A stretch of DNA of 64,000 bases from Cenococcum geophilum. Its lineage: Eukaryota. The translations under genes and the position numbers were made by a program. Under the pieces are notes generated by a model. That model was not told the DNA's origin and ran no database searches. It saw nothing but the letters and a program-made list of their open reading frames with translations. Within the stretch, counting starts at the first letter, position 1. Every line of letters starts with the position of its first letter. Below are positions 38,009 through 52,235 of the stretch, piece by piece. The DNA lies in contig CP158635.1 of NCBI GenBank assembly GCA_050273025.1, positions 32,922,001 through 32,986,000 of the forward strand. Direction: 5' to 3'.

Positions 38009-40527
38009 ATGCGGCGCGCTCGATTATTAGATCGTAGCTTATTGTCTAGCGTTACCGACAATGAGTATATGGATACGGATAGCGATGGTGACAGCTATGG
38101 GACAGAACCGACCGTCTTTGATAGTAATGCCAATAGTGATGCCGATAGTAACGCCGACTGCGACGCTGACAGTGGCATTAACTGTGACGCTGATAGCATC
38201 GCTGAATCTAACGATGCTTGCGAAGCGCCCGCTTAAGTATAGCTTTATAAGGATTAAGATTATCTACTAGAATACTACCTTAAACAGTTAAAAGAGTTTG
38301 AGGAATCCAATTTTATGACGTAGGATTACGCTAATAGCAGTACGAATCTCCTTAACCGCATTAAAGATTAATGGTATTAGTAAGTAATAACCTGTTCTGC
38401 GGCTTTCTCTTAGGCTTAACCTAGAGCTGACCATTTTTAGATACTATACCTATATAAGGAAAGACCCTAAGAAAACGTACCAAGTCCTCTCGCTTTAGCT
38501 GCTTTATAGCTTTTTCGACTAGCTCCTAAATTAGAAATAAGGGAAGGGAGGTAGGAAATGGTGCGGGATAAAGCTTTCTAGCTCGCTTGGTGTATATTAA
38601 AAGTACTATCGCCTTATATATAAGAGAGCAACTAGTAGGAAAATTGCTAGTAAATTAACCTGCTAGATATATAAGGTAATTACGTTCCTAGTTAACCCTT
38701 TAGCCTAGCAAAGTAAGGCGGAGCTAAAATATCTTTTCTAGGTACTTCGGAAACTGGTAAAGAAATATGGCTTAAGTAATAAGAAGCGAGAAAAGCCCGT
38801 TATAGATGTAGAGGATCTCGCCCTAGTTTTTAAGACCAACTTAGTTACAACAAAAAAGAGATATGTAGTTAGGCGACATCGGATATAAGTCCATTTCTTA
38901 CTATAGCTAGGCTTTTGCACTATAAGCCGACTTAAAGCTCTTCTTAATCTATGCTACTGATATATAATAGTTACACTTATTTATAACCTAGAAGGCGGGC
39001 CTTATAAGATTATGCTTAAGTTTATATTTGAATTTACTAAGGAATATCTTGGTATAAAAGAAGCGTATATTCTCTTTCTACCCTATTTCTCTTACCTTAT
39101 ACTTATAGAGAACTAGTAATACTTTCCTAATTTCTAAGATTATTTTCGACCCTTTACTTATTCTTAGCCCTTACGTCTTTCTCCTAGGCCTTCTCTTTGC
39201 TAATTAAGCTTTTATACCCCCTAATCTAACGTCCGCAGAGCAGCTTAGTAAGCTATATATTGAGCCTAGGCGTAATAAGTTGCCGCTACCACTCCGTTTA
39301 GACCTAGATAATATCCCCGTATTTTAGCGATTAATTAAAACCCCCTACGGCCACAAGGTCTCACTTAATGAGCCTTTACTATACTTAACTCTTTTGCCCT
39401 GGATTAAGGACCTTGGCGCAATTACGGGATTTTAGTAGGTTGCGCGCCTATATAGTCTTCGTTACGGCGCAGGCAAGGCATTTAATGAGAATGGTGAGTT
39501 CTATTATGTAGAGCTAGTTCTACTAAAACCTTTCTAACGCCTATACTACCTAGGTAACGTGAGTGACGCCCTCCGGAACCTAATAATGCAGTATGCCGAC
39601 GCTCGAACATTCCTAAAGCACTACCTTTTGCGGCGTGTTGGCGTAGATATACAGGCAATTGTTTGAGGCTTAGAGCCTTAAGAAAAGTTAATAAAAGCAG
39701 TATGCTGAATAAGCCAATTAATTGACCCGCGGCGGCCATAGCACCTAATAACAGAATAATCCTTATCGGTAAACAAGAACCCGCATATTTATTCCTTAAT
39801 TAAAGTTCGAAATAAGCTAAAGCTTAGCCTTAAGCGTAAAACTGCAGGAAGTATAGAATACTAAAAGCTTAGCCGAGAAATTATAAATAAAAGGCAACGT
39901 TAGAGAAATGCGCTATTGGAAAATATTAAGAAGAATTAGGATAACGAATAAGCTATAATTAATATTAAGCGGCAACTTTCTGGGGTTATATTTAGCGAGG
40001 ATATTAAAGCAACCTTAAAATCTAGTAATGATAGATCGGTCGAACACAAACGCCTTATTAAAGTGATTATGACGCTACCTAGTATGTTACTAGAAGATAA
40101 AATATATAGACGCAATAATGCTATTAATACGGTCGTAGATTACTGTAATGTTGAGGAGGGTAGAGTATACCGGCCGAGTTATCGCCAGAGATAGTTTAGG
40201 ATAGATATCGCCCTTAGCTAAGTTAAGATTAAAGAAGATGCTGAGATTTTAGAAGCGGCTAAAGCGCTAGAGAGGGCAAGGTTATCCTTATATAAGGAGA
40301 AAAGACTAAAAATATGCTTTATCTGCCTCGGGAATAAAAAGCTCGCAATTAGTAAGCGCATATATAAGTTCTACACTCCAGCTGCTATTATAAAACATTT
40401 CTAAGGCAGTTATCTCTCTAAACTCCCATAGCAGGGTAAGATTAGATGTAATGTTTACGAAGTAACCCTTAAGCACAAAATGCATCTTTAAAACTATGCG
40501 CTTAGTGTATATAGGACCTTTTCCTAG
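38009..40527 (+). pseudogene. DUF3435 tyrosine recombinase (Starship captain), RIPed, multi-intron
   Basis: Acidic N-terminus (ORF 38009). Motifs SRLKALLNLCY (~38925), FEFTKEYLG, ILSPYVFLLGLLF, LGAITGF**VARLYSLRYGAG (39451), RNLIMQYADARTFLKHYL (39586-39627) and IDPRRP. C-terminal CFICLGN...CNV...HKMHL zinc fingers. GT-AG intron 39494-39553. Confidence 0.9.
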
Positions 40528-41058
40528 TCATTACGCGCTTATCTTATTATTCTTTACCACTTTTTATTTCACTTTAGTCTGTTATTATCCAATCCTATTA
40601 TAGTATTTAATAGAATAGATATAATGACTGGGATTTTGTAATTCGTCTGGGAGGGGTAATAGGTAGGGTAAGGGATAAGGGCTTCTCTCTAGCCTTACTG
40701 TATAAGCCTCACGCGTTGCGGAACAAACTAAAACCGATAATTATAGACTAGAAAACGCTGCCTCCTTGCATTATAGCTTAGCATTTTAACTAAGCCCTAC
40801 GAAGCCTTAATCTAAGCCACGTTGGGTTGGCTTGACTTTTCCGCGCCTAATCTTTAATCCTCGCGTTCGCTTATATCTTGCTTTCTTCCTTATACTTTTC
40901 TCCCTGGTTATTTCCTTATTATAAGACGCGCCTGACGTGTTCTCGACCTCCCTATATTTATTTGCTATTATACCGTCCTTATATACTAGCCTCTTTAACC
41001 TTCCCTCCCTGCCTACCTACCCGCCCTCCCGATGTAGCTTTTAGCGCGTTTACTCGCA

Positions 41059-43455
41059 ATAGCGAATCTCTCTAGATTAGAGATAATTAAAACGAACCCT
41101 ATTGGGGAAGGACTGAATAGCTTTCTTAATTTATTTAACTTAACTTGTTAGGATTTAGGTATCCCTAGCTCTTTAGACTCGTTGCGCCAGATAAGCAATA
41201 AAGGTAATTATTAATTTATCCGTTATAGGTTCTCTCTAATATATATAGGGCTTAAAAATCTTACGGTTGACCTTATCCTAGTATTATAGAACCTTCTTAC
41301 TACTTAACTACTCCCGTCTAGCGCTAGCCGTGGCACTCTTTATAGTGACCTTCTCTAACTCCTCCCTTTAGTTAATTCTGACGACTTTAATATTAAACGG
41401 TTCACCCCTTTTCTAAAAACAGTTATTAATCGCGAATTAGATAAGGACGTTTGGAGTAATACTATTACTACTATAATAGAGTCCACGCCTCCCCCCTAAC
41501 TGCTACTACTCCATATTTAATAAACCCTATATTTGCGTAATATAAGCAGCTTTACTAACTTGTCCGAATGTAGGGAATACGTGGATTATGTTCTAAAGGA
41601 GGAGCTAGGCCCTTTTTATGTGGGGATTCCTAGCTTTTATAAAGCATTCTTTAAGGGAATAGAAGGTCTTAAAGAGGTAAACGCCGCCGTTTTTAAGAAA
41701 TATAAGGAAGGGAACAATCTACTGTACGCTGAGGGCGGCTGGCGTAACTGGCCTAAAAGCGTAGAGCAAGATAATGTCCTAAAGTGGTTTAGTAGCCTAA
41801 TTAAATTAATTTTGGGCTTTGTAGAGGAGTATGGGTCCGCCTTAAAGATATGATGAACGCTTATCGCATATACTAAGTAGCCCTTATAAGGGTCTACAGC
41901 AAAGCAAAAACTAGATATTAGTTTTGTGGATAATTTAATAGCTAGCGAAAGCTCTTAATGCTATTGGTTGTATATACTTATGCTAGGAGAGCTAAAGAGT
42001 AATCTAAACTCTAATATACCCTTATAGGCATGGTTTGATTTAGGGAAATATATAAGAGAAGTCTTCGCCGCTTAAGACACTCGTTGCTTTGTTTTAGGCT
42101 TTACCCTCTATAGATCTATTATGCGGCTATAGGAGTATGACCGGGTAGGAGGCATCGTATTATCACTATTTGATATTAATAAAGACGGACTACAATTTAC
42201 CTCAACGATGTTGGGATTTCTCTAGATAAATGAGGAGCAGCTTAGGTTTAACCCTACTATTCTAATATTAGACGGCAAATAATATATTGAGGTTGTGCGT
42301 AATAATTAGACCGAGCGTCTTATCCTTAACGAATTTATAAAGCGGGCACGCTATATCACTAGTTAAGCAACTACTTGCTAGAAAGTATACCGTAAGGGGG
42401 ACACCTTTAAGATACCCCTCGTTATTAAAGACTTATAGCAGTACCCGCAGCGCGAGGAAGAAGGCAAACTGCTACGTAAGGTAACGGAGAAAGAAGTAGT
42501 TAATATGGCCAGGTACTATCACCATAAGATAGTTTATATAGGCGGTAAAGAAGATAATATTTACAATAACGTCTGTAAGGGGCTGGATATTATAAGAGCG
42601 ATAAACTACAAGCCGGAAAACTTAATAATGCCTCCAAGACCGGCTAGAGTGAAAATTAGGAAAGGCTAAAGTTTTAGCAGAAAGAGGTCGTTTAGCTATA
42701 CTAACGCCCCGTTACCGCCTAGTAAGCGTATATATTTGGGCTCTCCGCCTAAAGGCGGAAGGCACCCTATAACCCTAAATTAAGTATATTGACGCGTTAT
42801 TACTAGGGACTACGGAAAGCCTTTTTACAAGGTAAGCTCTTAGGCTGTAATGCTTACTATACTAGAGGGTGGCATTAAAGGATATAAGTCTTTATATATG
42901 TGGGCCGGTATTATCTAATATGACATTTTAATAGGCAACCTTATAATGAACGAGGAAGACGACAATCCTTCTTAGCTGGCATTCTTAATTGACTTTGATC
43001 TTATAATTAAGGAGCAGTAAGAAGGGCCTTTAGGAGCGCGGGGCAAGACCGGTATAAAAGCGTTTATAGCGATTAGAGTACTCCTAGGCGAGATATACTC
43101 AGCTTAGTATGATCTTAAGTCGTTCTTTTGGGTGCTATTCTGGATATACATTCACTATAATAGACCTAATAAGAAAGGTAATGTTATTGACAGGTTTAAT
43201 AAGTAGAATTCTATAGATACGGAAGAGCTAGCTAAGATAAAGAAAGGAGAAGTAGATAACGAAGGGGATTTTCTTAAGAGTGCAGACGATAACTTTTTAC
43301 TATACTATCAGCCACTAATCCCTTAGGTTAATAGATTGCGGAAGGTAGTATTTTTAGGCGGTGGGAGGCGAAAGGAAAAGGATAAAAAACTTCCTTTTTA
43401 AATAAAGGAGGTGCTTTAGGAAGCAAGGAAGGATCTAAAGGTGCTAGCAGAGTAG
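41059..43455 (+). pseudogene. Fungal-type protein kinase (FunK1/Pkinase_fungal) pseudogene, copy 2
   Basis: Start RIPed to ATA (41059). Motifs GELKSN, REVFAA*DTRCFVLGFTL, R*EYDRVGGI, VIKDL*QYP, DILIGNL, FLIDFDL, GKTGIKAFIAI and YDLKSFFWVLFWIYIHY. ORF 41533-41853 is a fragment. Confidence 0.9.
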
Positions 43456-46165
43456 ATAGAATAATATTTTATTATCTTATGCTCTTCTATATATAAGTAA
43501 AGTTTTACGGAGATTTGGGCGGTAAAGGCTAGGTAGTAGCCTTGGTTGAAACGCATGTAAAATAGTATAGGGCGAGCGAACTGTTCCGTGGTTAATATAT
43601 TATTCCTACTTATTTATACGCCACTAGATATGCGATTACACCTAAGTTTACTATAAGTGCACTGATCTCCGATATACGGTGAAAGCTTAGTGTATAAAAT
43701 ACTATAAGACCTAAAAAAGATGCCCAATAAATGTAGCTAATAGATGGTTTCTTTTAGGTGATCGTAAAGAAATATGGTAAAGATACTAGCAAAAACTATA
43801 GCAAAAGCCCGGCTAGTTATTGAGATTACTATATAGTCTTACGCAGCTTAAATTTAAATAGGTCAAGTGCGGCGTAATATTTAAGAACATTAGGCAGAAA
43901 ATATAGGAGGGAGGCTTTTTAAAATGGCTTTTGGAATCTAGTTTCCTTATATAGGTATAGGCCTGCTCTAGGAATACTTAGTACCTTTTATAAGCTTTAT
44001 TTTTCTATAAGTAGACAAAACGTGGCCCTATATAAATTGGGGATACAGCAATTTATTAAGCCCTTTTTAATAGAAATTGTGTTGTATTGGGACCACCAGT
44101 TATTAAAACCCTGGGTTAAAAGTAATATTTTTTTAAGTGTTTGCCCCTAAGCAAATGAGAACCATAGATTTGTAGGTGAATACCGCCGCTTTTAAAGGCC
44201 TATGCGTTAACGTTGCTTATAAAAGCACAGTTTCTATCGCCGTTTTATTTCCAGCTTTAACCACTATTCCTCTCCCGCAGCTTTATGCCGTCTATACCAC
44301 CTATACCGCTAGTCCTTTTCTATTCCTTCTACAGTTTTAGATATCCTTTAATAGTAAAACTATATATAAACCACACCCTTTTGTTTTAATTTAAATACTG
44401 CTGCTATAACATAAAAGATATTACTACGCCTTTAACTATAGTAAGCTTAAATATTCCTTCCTTATAGCGACGTGTGATGCTTAAAGGGCTTTACTAAAAT
44501 CCTCTACATTAGGTAAGACAGAGCCCTAACTAGCGACATAAATTAACTTATACCTTTTAGCTTAGTATATATTAGTAAGTCAGTCCTTTATAACTGACAG
44601 GATCAGGTAATTGTATTTTAGGCCACTACGGCTAATCAAGCCGCCGTTTAACAATTTATAAGGATTAACTTGTAGGATCCTCATTACGGTAAGCAACTTT
44701 GGCGTTTAGCTCTGCGCACCACTGTCACGCTAGCGCTTTCCCTACTTGAGATGGTTATGCAGCGAAAAACCTAGGTTAGTAGTGCGATTTAACTCTTGAA
44801 TTAGATAGCATTATCTTCTAATCACTTTGGCGTCTTAAGTTATATACCTACGTTAGCGAGCAGAGCTACCTGATATATTATAAGCTATAAGGATAAAGCC
44901 TAAGTAAAGTCTCCCTATAGGCATGGCAATTATATAATCTGGACCTCTTAATAGTAGCACTACTATATAGTATAGGGAGTGTTGGGGAGTAAGTACGGAC
45001 AACCCGTTTTCACTATAAACTATAAGATAAAATAGTAAAGTTTAAGCAACCCCTTAAAGCCATTCTATGCCCAAGGCCGTTGGCTAAATCGCTATAATAG
45101 TGCTGTAAGGCGCCGAGATAAGAATTTTCTTCTAGGTTGCGGCAGATCCTATATCTTGTTGTATTAAGGTAAGTGGGGTTAATAGCTAATATATTGAGGC
45201 CAGAATCCGAACTAGTCTATAAGCTAATAAGCTATAAGATAGCTAAGTTTTAGTGCGATAGAGTTTCTCTAATAGTAGAGTAAGTCCTTAAAGAATTCTA
45301 AGGCAGCAGGCTCGATTAGGTGATAACGATTAAGTAGGCGGTAGACGTGTTAGTGATATAGTAATTATATTAGAGAGCTCCGCTTAACACCACTAGGCCT
45401 AACTATATAACAATAGAGTGGGCAGCAGGCGCGTTGGTTGCACAGCGATCTCTAAAGAGCCCCGCCCGCTACTATTAAGTCTAATTATGCGATAATAAAG
45501 TGGGCAGTAGGCGAGTCAATCCTACAGCGGTTATACTAGAGAGCTTTACTTGCCACTATGGACACGGCATCCTTTATTTATATATCGCTAACTTTTAGGT
45601 ATATGGGCGACCTAATATACAGAGCTAGAAGTATCTGCGAGACTCTAGTCGCTACCTATTCGCTACCGGCGCATACCGTATAAATGTCAACTTAATAGTA
45701 GATCTGTGAGCTAGAGCGCTAGGTCTAAGGGATACTTAAGCCGCGTAATAGACTGCAGTATATAGGATTGAATTTGAACCCGGTGTATAGCGCCTTTACC
45801 TTTATAATATTTCACTTAGATAATAAACGTCGCCACTAATATGCTTATCTCTAAAGTATAAGTGTTAGTAGCTAGAGGCTGTATATAGCATTTGGCAAGT
45901 CTGTCCGTATTAGCGAGCCCTAAAAAGGCGATTCTAAATCATTACCCCAGACTATAAGATATAAAGCTTCTACTTTCGCTAGCAGTTTTTAAGCATTACC
46001 CCCTTATAGTGTACATCTTTTATTTACTAGAATATATTCTATACTAGAGTCTAGGACTATAAGCCCTAATTGTGTATTTAATGCTATAGGTCAGGCCTAA
46101 GGACCCTAACCCCTATCTTAACCTATAAACCGTATATTAATAACTTTATAGAGGCCCTTACAAAT

Positions 46166-46851
46166 ATGCAGAGTAAAAGTCTTAATTATCCCGCCTCTAA
46201 TCCCAATAGTAAGACTAATAGTCTTAATTTACCAGAATGCAGTAGCCTAGGGACTATAGTCGGATTTGATAATAACGATCCTCCTAAAACGAAGCGAGAA
46301 CTATAGTTGAAGAAGTTCGCCGAGCTTAACCCTTTAATCTATCCTAAGGAGACGACTTTACAATACCCAATAAATGCTAAGCTTTATTTATCACCTAACG
46401 GTCTATCTCCTCGCTTTTTAGTAGAGCCAATAATTATATAAGGATGTTTAACTTAGGCCAGAACTATTACTATTAGGAATTGAATGTATAACTAGTACCT
46501 CTTACCTGTAGAAAACTATCCAACCTTATTACACGGAAGCCCTCGACCCGTATTATCCTAAAAACCAATTTCCTATTCACGCGCATTATCGGGTTCCCAT
46601 TCGCCCGCATCTTTTTGATTATTGGGTTTACCCCGATAAACAAGACAAGCGTTTATGAAAAAGAATAACAATAAGCTAATTCTGTTAAGGAGCAATAACG
46701 TCTGGTGGAAGGATATTGCGAAGGAATTCCTAGATCAAACCTAGGCAAGTTTATAGGTCTACTATTACGCTTAGTTAATAGAGAAGGCAAAGAAAACCGA
46801 GGATGCTAAGGGGCTTAATATGTCTAATATTAAAGAGGCAATGCAGTAGTA
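46166..46851 (+). pseudogene. MYB/SANT-domain protein pseudogene
   Basis: 46640-46780 reads RQAFMKKNNNKLILLRSNNVWWKDIAKEFLDQT*ASL*VYYY, a de-RIPed Myb helix-turn-helix (W..IA..FP.RT..SLQVHY). Confidence 0.65.
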
Positions 46852-47404
46852 ACTGTTTGCAGTTATACCCTAGTATCCGCGAAACAAAATACACCTTTTT
46901 TTAACCAACCAATGCTGTATCTTAATAACTTAGCTCTATTTAGTCGCAGGCCTTTAGTAGAGTTGTATCTCTTAGCGCTATCTAATTCCTAGCTGAAGTA
47001 TTTAACTAAAGTACTCTACGAACGATAAAATACTTTAGCGGTAACTCTACCCGCACTAGCATATTGTCCTCTTTTATATTACTATATATTTAACCGTCCA
47101 ATCCCTTATATACTATATTAACAGCGTTATGAATTAGTTGCTGGCTAATAAAGCACCTCTTTTTAAGTGTAGGTGTGCAGTACTAATATTTACGGATGTG
47201 TTCTTTAAGTAGGTCTAGTATTAACGTCTCTGATATAGAGAGTTGCTAACAATAAGATGTTATAGGCGAGGTAGGGAAGTGTACGGATTTTAGTGAAGTT
47301 ATTTCTTATATAGAACTTTTAAAAGTTCCTAAGCTATATAGTAAAAAAAGGACTAGGGTATAGGCTATTATAAAGGCTATTGGGCGACTTAAGGTGTCTA
47401 GTAT

Positions 47405-47540
47405 AAGCTAGGTGAGCGCCTAGGGTAAGCTAGATAAGCGCCTAGGGTGAGCTAAATAAGTGCCTAGGGTGAGCTAGATAAGCGCCTAGGGTGAGCTAGA
47501 TAAGCGCCTAGGGTGAGCGCCTAGGGTGAGCTAGGTAAGT
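47405..47540. repeat. 22-bp minisatellite (agctagataagcgcctagggtg), about 6 units
   Basis: Units start at 47406, 47428, 47450 and onward. Confidence 0.9.
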
Positions 47541-47739
47541 ATTTAGCGTAAATGAGTAAGCTACTAGCTAAGTAAAAGGCGAGCTACGGCTTTATCTAGA
47601 TTAAACCTAAGGCGTGTTTTTATAAGTTATACTTTTGGCTATTTAACGCATCTTTAATTAAGTTTATTGTTTTGCTTTAGAGATTATATTCCCGCTAACT
47701 ATACTCTATTTTATTAAAGCACCTAATGACTAGTTAACC

Positions 47740-48228
47740 TATTTATCTATATTATTTAGTCTCTCCTTGATCTTAAGGACCTTCTTTATCACCACCTCTA
47801 TCCCATAATTATATCGCCTAGCCGTCCACTTAAATGTTTTGTGATTGAAATTAAGAATTGATATATTATAATCTAAATCGCTAACGCTAGTTTTAATATT
47901 CTGTAGTTGATACGCGAAATTTTCTAGCTCCTCCTATTCTTTGTCAATTGCCTTATAATAATTAGAATGGATATACCTACTTTGCTGTTGCTTAGCTCTA
48001 AGTTATTAAACCTGTTTTCTAAGGTCTTCTAAGGTCTTTGCTAATGTCTTTTATTGCTGCGTAAATGCTTTCAGCCGCGCCTTATATATATATTGCCACT
48101 TTATAAGACAATTAGCTGAAGTAGCCCTAGCACCCCTCTTTAGGTACCGTCGTACGGCTTATATCGTATTATAAAGAGGTTTAGAGACTTTTTTGACTTT
48201 TCTACCTTGCTTTATAGGATGCAGCTAT
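47740..48228 (-). pseudogene. Decayed coiled-coil protein gene
   Basis: Minus frame YKARLKAFTQQ*KTLAKTLEDLRKQV...EELENFAYQLQNIK. Confidence 0.35.
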
Positions 48229-48569
48229 GGCGGCTAGTTAGTTAAGTAAATTTATTAAGATCGGACGCTAGCTTATATGGTAATATATAATATAACTAGT
48301 GGAAGGATTATAAAAGTTCTTAATTAATGTATAGCTATTGATAATAGGGCTTAGTTATTAAAAAGTGGGAAGAGTGAAAACTTATATATCTTATACATTA
48401 GCCGCTCTAATGCCCCCTATAATATTTTAGGTACGCTAAGTTATATCTTAACTAATTCTAGCGTCTATACGCGTTATACTATAACTAACTAATTTAGCGC
48501 TGTATCTAAAGTTAGAATGAGGCCGGAAATATCTTCCACTTTCGCCTTGTTGTCCTTTCAGCTACCTAA

Positions 48570-49636
48570 ATATATAGGATTAGGCACGACGGGCCCGGTA
48601 ATTTAAGCAAAAACTCGTTTTACTATACCGTTAAACCTATAATAAGAGATAAAACCTAGAAACTGTACTTTACTAAGAGAAAATAGCGGCTGCGAAGAGG
48701 TTCTATTAAGGAAGTCTTAAGCTGTATCTAACTAGCGTTTTAGGTTTTATAGAGTAAGGCTAGTTAGTTGCTGTAAAACCGTTCCGGGCTCTATTAATTG
48801 CATTATAATACGGCTAACAGCCTTTATATTAACATCCTCCGAATAAGAAGCCGCTTAAAGTATGCTTTCACCTATATTTACTGCTTAATTATTAGCTTTT
48901 TATTTTAGGATAACCGTTAGGTACTTACTAATCTTAATTTCCCCACTCCTTGAAATTAGGAGATTTTGGCAATTTAATGAGCCATAAATAATATGAATGC
49001 TATAGATAAATAGAAGTCCTTAGATTACCTATATTTAAAATTAAAGGCTAGTTTTAAATAGAATAGCTATATTACCTCCTTATAGACTGTAGCAATTTTA
49101 AACTCTACTAATGTTCTAAAAGGGCTGGCCTAGATATCTGCTAATAATACGGATAGGCACTCGTATATTAAATGTACTATTTCGCCCTCTTTAAATACTT
49201 CCAGAATATTGACAATATTAGGGTGAGGTAACTTTGAGCATTCTAAACCGTTTACTGTCTTACTTGTTACTCTTGTCTTAATAACCATAATAGGGAAAGT
49301 TGGCTTTATTTTAAAGGTAATAACCGCGGGTCCTGCCTAATCTTCTTTAAGTAATTTGCGGTAGTAGTTCTACGGACTTCCTAAGACTATAAGGGTCTCT
49401 AGTTCCTTTAATAGTGGAGCGGTTTTTTTGCTGTTAGCGGTAGATGATAATAAGAAGAGCCCTAAATCTTTATTAACTTTAAGCGGAACATAGAACGGTA
49501 TACGCTTGCGCTTATAAATGTACTTTCGTTTTATAAGTGTATTAGGCCGATCCTAATCCTTATTCGCGGTAGGTTTAATCATTTCGGCGTTTTTTTTATA
49601 TGCTGGGAATTCAGTAACCCGTCTTTGCAAAGACAT
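48570..49636 (-). pseudogene. Protein kinase-like pseudogene
   Basis: ATG at 49636 (MSLQRRVTEFP). Motifs MVIK, HPNIVNILEVFKEGEIVHLIYE, IIYGSLNCQNLLISRSGEIKI and (A)NIG. Confidence 0.7.
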
Positions 49637-49814
49637 TTTTCTCTTTATTAAAAAATTATGCTTTACTATAATATATATATATACTTCTTCTAAAAAAAGA
49701 ATTCTTAAAATAAAACAAATATTAGAATATTATATAAATTTAAAACAGCTCTTTTAACACTATATATAAGATATCTAAAAATATATACATTTATTTAGGG
49801 ATCCAGTTAAAAGG

Positions 49815-52235
49815 CTATTGACGCAGTAGAGTATTTATATTATCTCCACTTTGAATAAAATAAAAGATTCGGCGTATCTTATAGGCTGTTTCGTTAGAAA
49901 TTGGATTTAAGGACTGAGTATTTCCCCCTGGCCTATTCGTATCCCCTATAAAGACCAACCCTTTTTTTATCTCCCCTACACCTCCTATACCTATCCACTT
50001 AAAACGCTCTCCATTAATAATAAAAAAATTATACCTAGTATTTGCTAAATCCACTAAAGTGGATTTAAATCTTAGAGATAACGCTGAGAATATATAAAGC
50101 CTGCGATTCGTATAAAGATATAAAATAATTGGCTTTTCTTAAATTATTTCTAAGAACGTAGAGTTATCGGGTAAGGGTATTGGGTCGTTCTCGCTTAAGG
50201 GTATGTTAGTAGTTGGCCTTTAACTGGCTTCTGACTTAGGGTTCGTTGTATTCTCCGTGTTATAACCTAAGGGGTTCCCTATATTAGGGCCTGAGGCTCC
50301 TAAGTTAGAGCTTAAGGGAGGCTTTAAGTTAGGGTTTAAGAGAGTGCCTGGTGGCCTACCGCTTAGTCTTTAAATAAGCGGCTCTAAAGGTTTATCGGGA
50401 ACCCTAAAAAAAGCGTAGAATATATCTCGCTTAATATAAAACGTTAAGGTATATTGCTTTACCTAAATAGGCTGCTGACTGTTTATATTTTTAATAAATA
50501 AATATTTCCTATTAGCAATATGGGATTGTTTAAACGGTCGATTATATTAGTGTATTTTTGGCTAATAAATGGAGTTATTTATAAGAAATGGGAAACTTAT
50601 ATAAGGATGGCGACTTAGTATATCTCTAATTATTTAACAAATCCGCTGCATTTGCTAAAGTATAAGACTCGGCTTAAGCTTAGAGAGAGTTCTAAGGTGA
50701 GTTATGCTAAGGAAGTCTTCTACTATATTCTCTATATAATTTGTATATATTAACTAAGTGATTTTATTAGAGCTAAAGCCTAGTCTTCGTGTAAGGAATC
50801 CTAGCTGTTTTTATAACATATTATATAGCTTGACCTCTGGTTTAGGTTTGCTGAGGTCCTTTTGGGGTATTATACTAGTAAGTTAAGGAAAGTGTTGTAT
50901 AGTAAAAAGCTAAATTTGTAGGTAGCCGAGCCTAAAGTTTAATTCCTTTGAATTACTTTCTTTTGTAGTGTAAACGCTTTCTACTATTTATATGCTTGTT
51001 TGGCCTTGATTTAATCTTAGGTAGGCTCGTCCCATAGCTATCTATACTATACCTTTAAATTTATTTAGCAGAAGTCTTTTAACTACCTTAGAGTACGGTT
51101 TAAGATATTTTATATCCTTAAAAAATATATACAGAGAAGGAATTCGTTCTGGGAAATTCTTTAGGCGCTCTAAGATTCCGCTTCGTACTTGGTGAGAAAT
51201 GACAGCTAAAAAGAGTTGACTATCCTTTATAAGATTTTCAATCTCTAATCTATTGTGTAACGAACCTCGGGGAATAAGAAGCTTAATAAGAAAAACTATA
51301 TAAGAATCTAAGAGAGGTATAAGGGCTTCGTCATTGTTAAGTATATATAACTATGAACTATAAATATAGTTAAGATAGTAAATGAGCTCCTATACAATAT
51401 TAGTTATAAATTTTAGCCGGCTTTAATTATTATAATTACCTTATCGCATTTTAAAGTAAGGATATAATGTAAAGTGCCTAGCTGAAGTGCCGGCCAAAGC
51501 CTAATAAGTAGAAAAAGGTTATTAAATGCATTGCGGAGACGCGGCATTTTTTTAAGCAGTTTTTTAATATCCTTTTTTTTGCTTTCAGAAAGCCTAGAAA
51601 GCCATTTATTTTCTTATATAAGATCTACGCGACGCTAGAAATATTAAAGGTGTTAAAATATATCGCCGTCGCAGAATGGGCGTTTATTTGAATATTCCGT
51701 TCGAAGTTCTAAGATATAACTCGATAGAAGGCCTTTATAGATTGGTTTTAGATTACGTTATTCTATACCTTAGGTTAACTTACTATTAAAATATAACCTT
51801 ATAACCCACTACTTTTCCCTTAGGGCAAGGTAAGCTTTACCTACTTTAATGCGATGTTAACTATATAAGCAAACCACTATAGAGTTATTATTAAGCAGTA
51901 GTTCTAGCGGCTCGCTTTAATAGTCTAAAAGACCTGCCTATATTAAGTTAGACTTACGCAGACCTTTATTAAGGGTCTTTTGACTAATTAGAGCTAATAT
52001 ATAGTGTTCTGGCTCTAAGCGGTAGCAGCCTTCTATCTTAAAGATATTAATAAGTCGGAGAACGTTTTCCTAATTAAGGGTCCGAGCTCCTTTAACCTTC
52101 TAGTCCTTGAACTTCAGAAACGATAAGCGGATCTTTACATCCCCATGAAAGTAACTCTGTTTCTTATTAAAGAGAGATAAGTCGCGCTCTAACTCAGAAT
52201 CTATTGCCTTTAACTTTAGCCTTTCTAGGTATATT
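49815..52235 (-). pseudogene. DUF3723-family protein pseudogene
   Basis: N-terminal signature FHGDVKIRLSFLKF...ARTLN*ENVLRLINIFKIEGCYRLEPEHYILALIS, later EYSNKRPFCDGDIF. ORF 49815-50054 is probably the C-terminal fragment. Confidence 0.75.

Noticed and set aside
38738..39739. Minus-strand ORFs 38738-38920 and 39482-39739; alternative-frame ORFs 37848 and 38061
   Set aside because: They overlap or abut the captain pseudogene, whose motifs are in other frames.
40878..41075. 65-aa ORF upstream of FunK1 copy 2
   Set aside because: Lies in the 5' non-coding region and has a non-ATG start; nothing suggests it is coding.
43600..46100. Possible decayed gene(s) between FunK1 and MYB
   Set aside because: Coding-like composition, but I could not support a consistent frame or motif.
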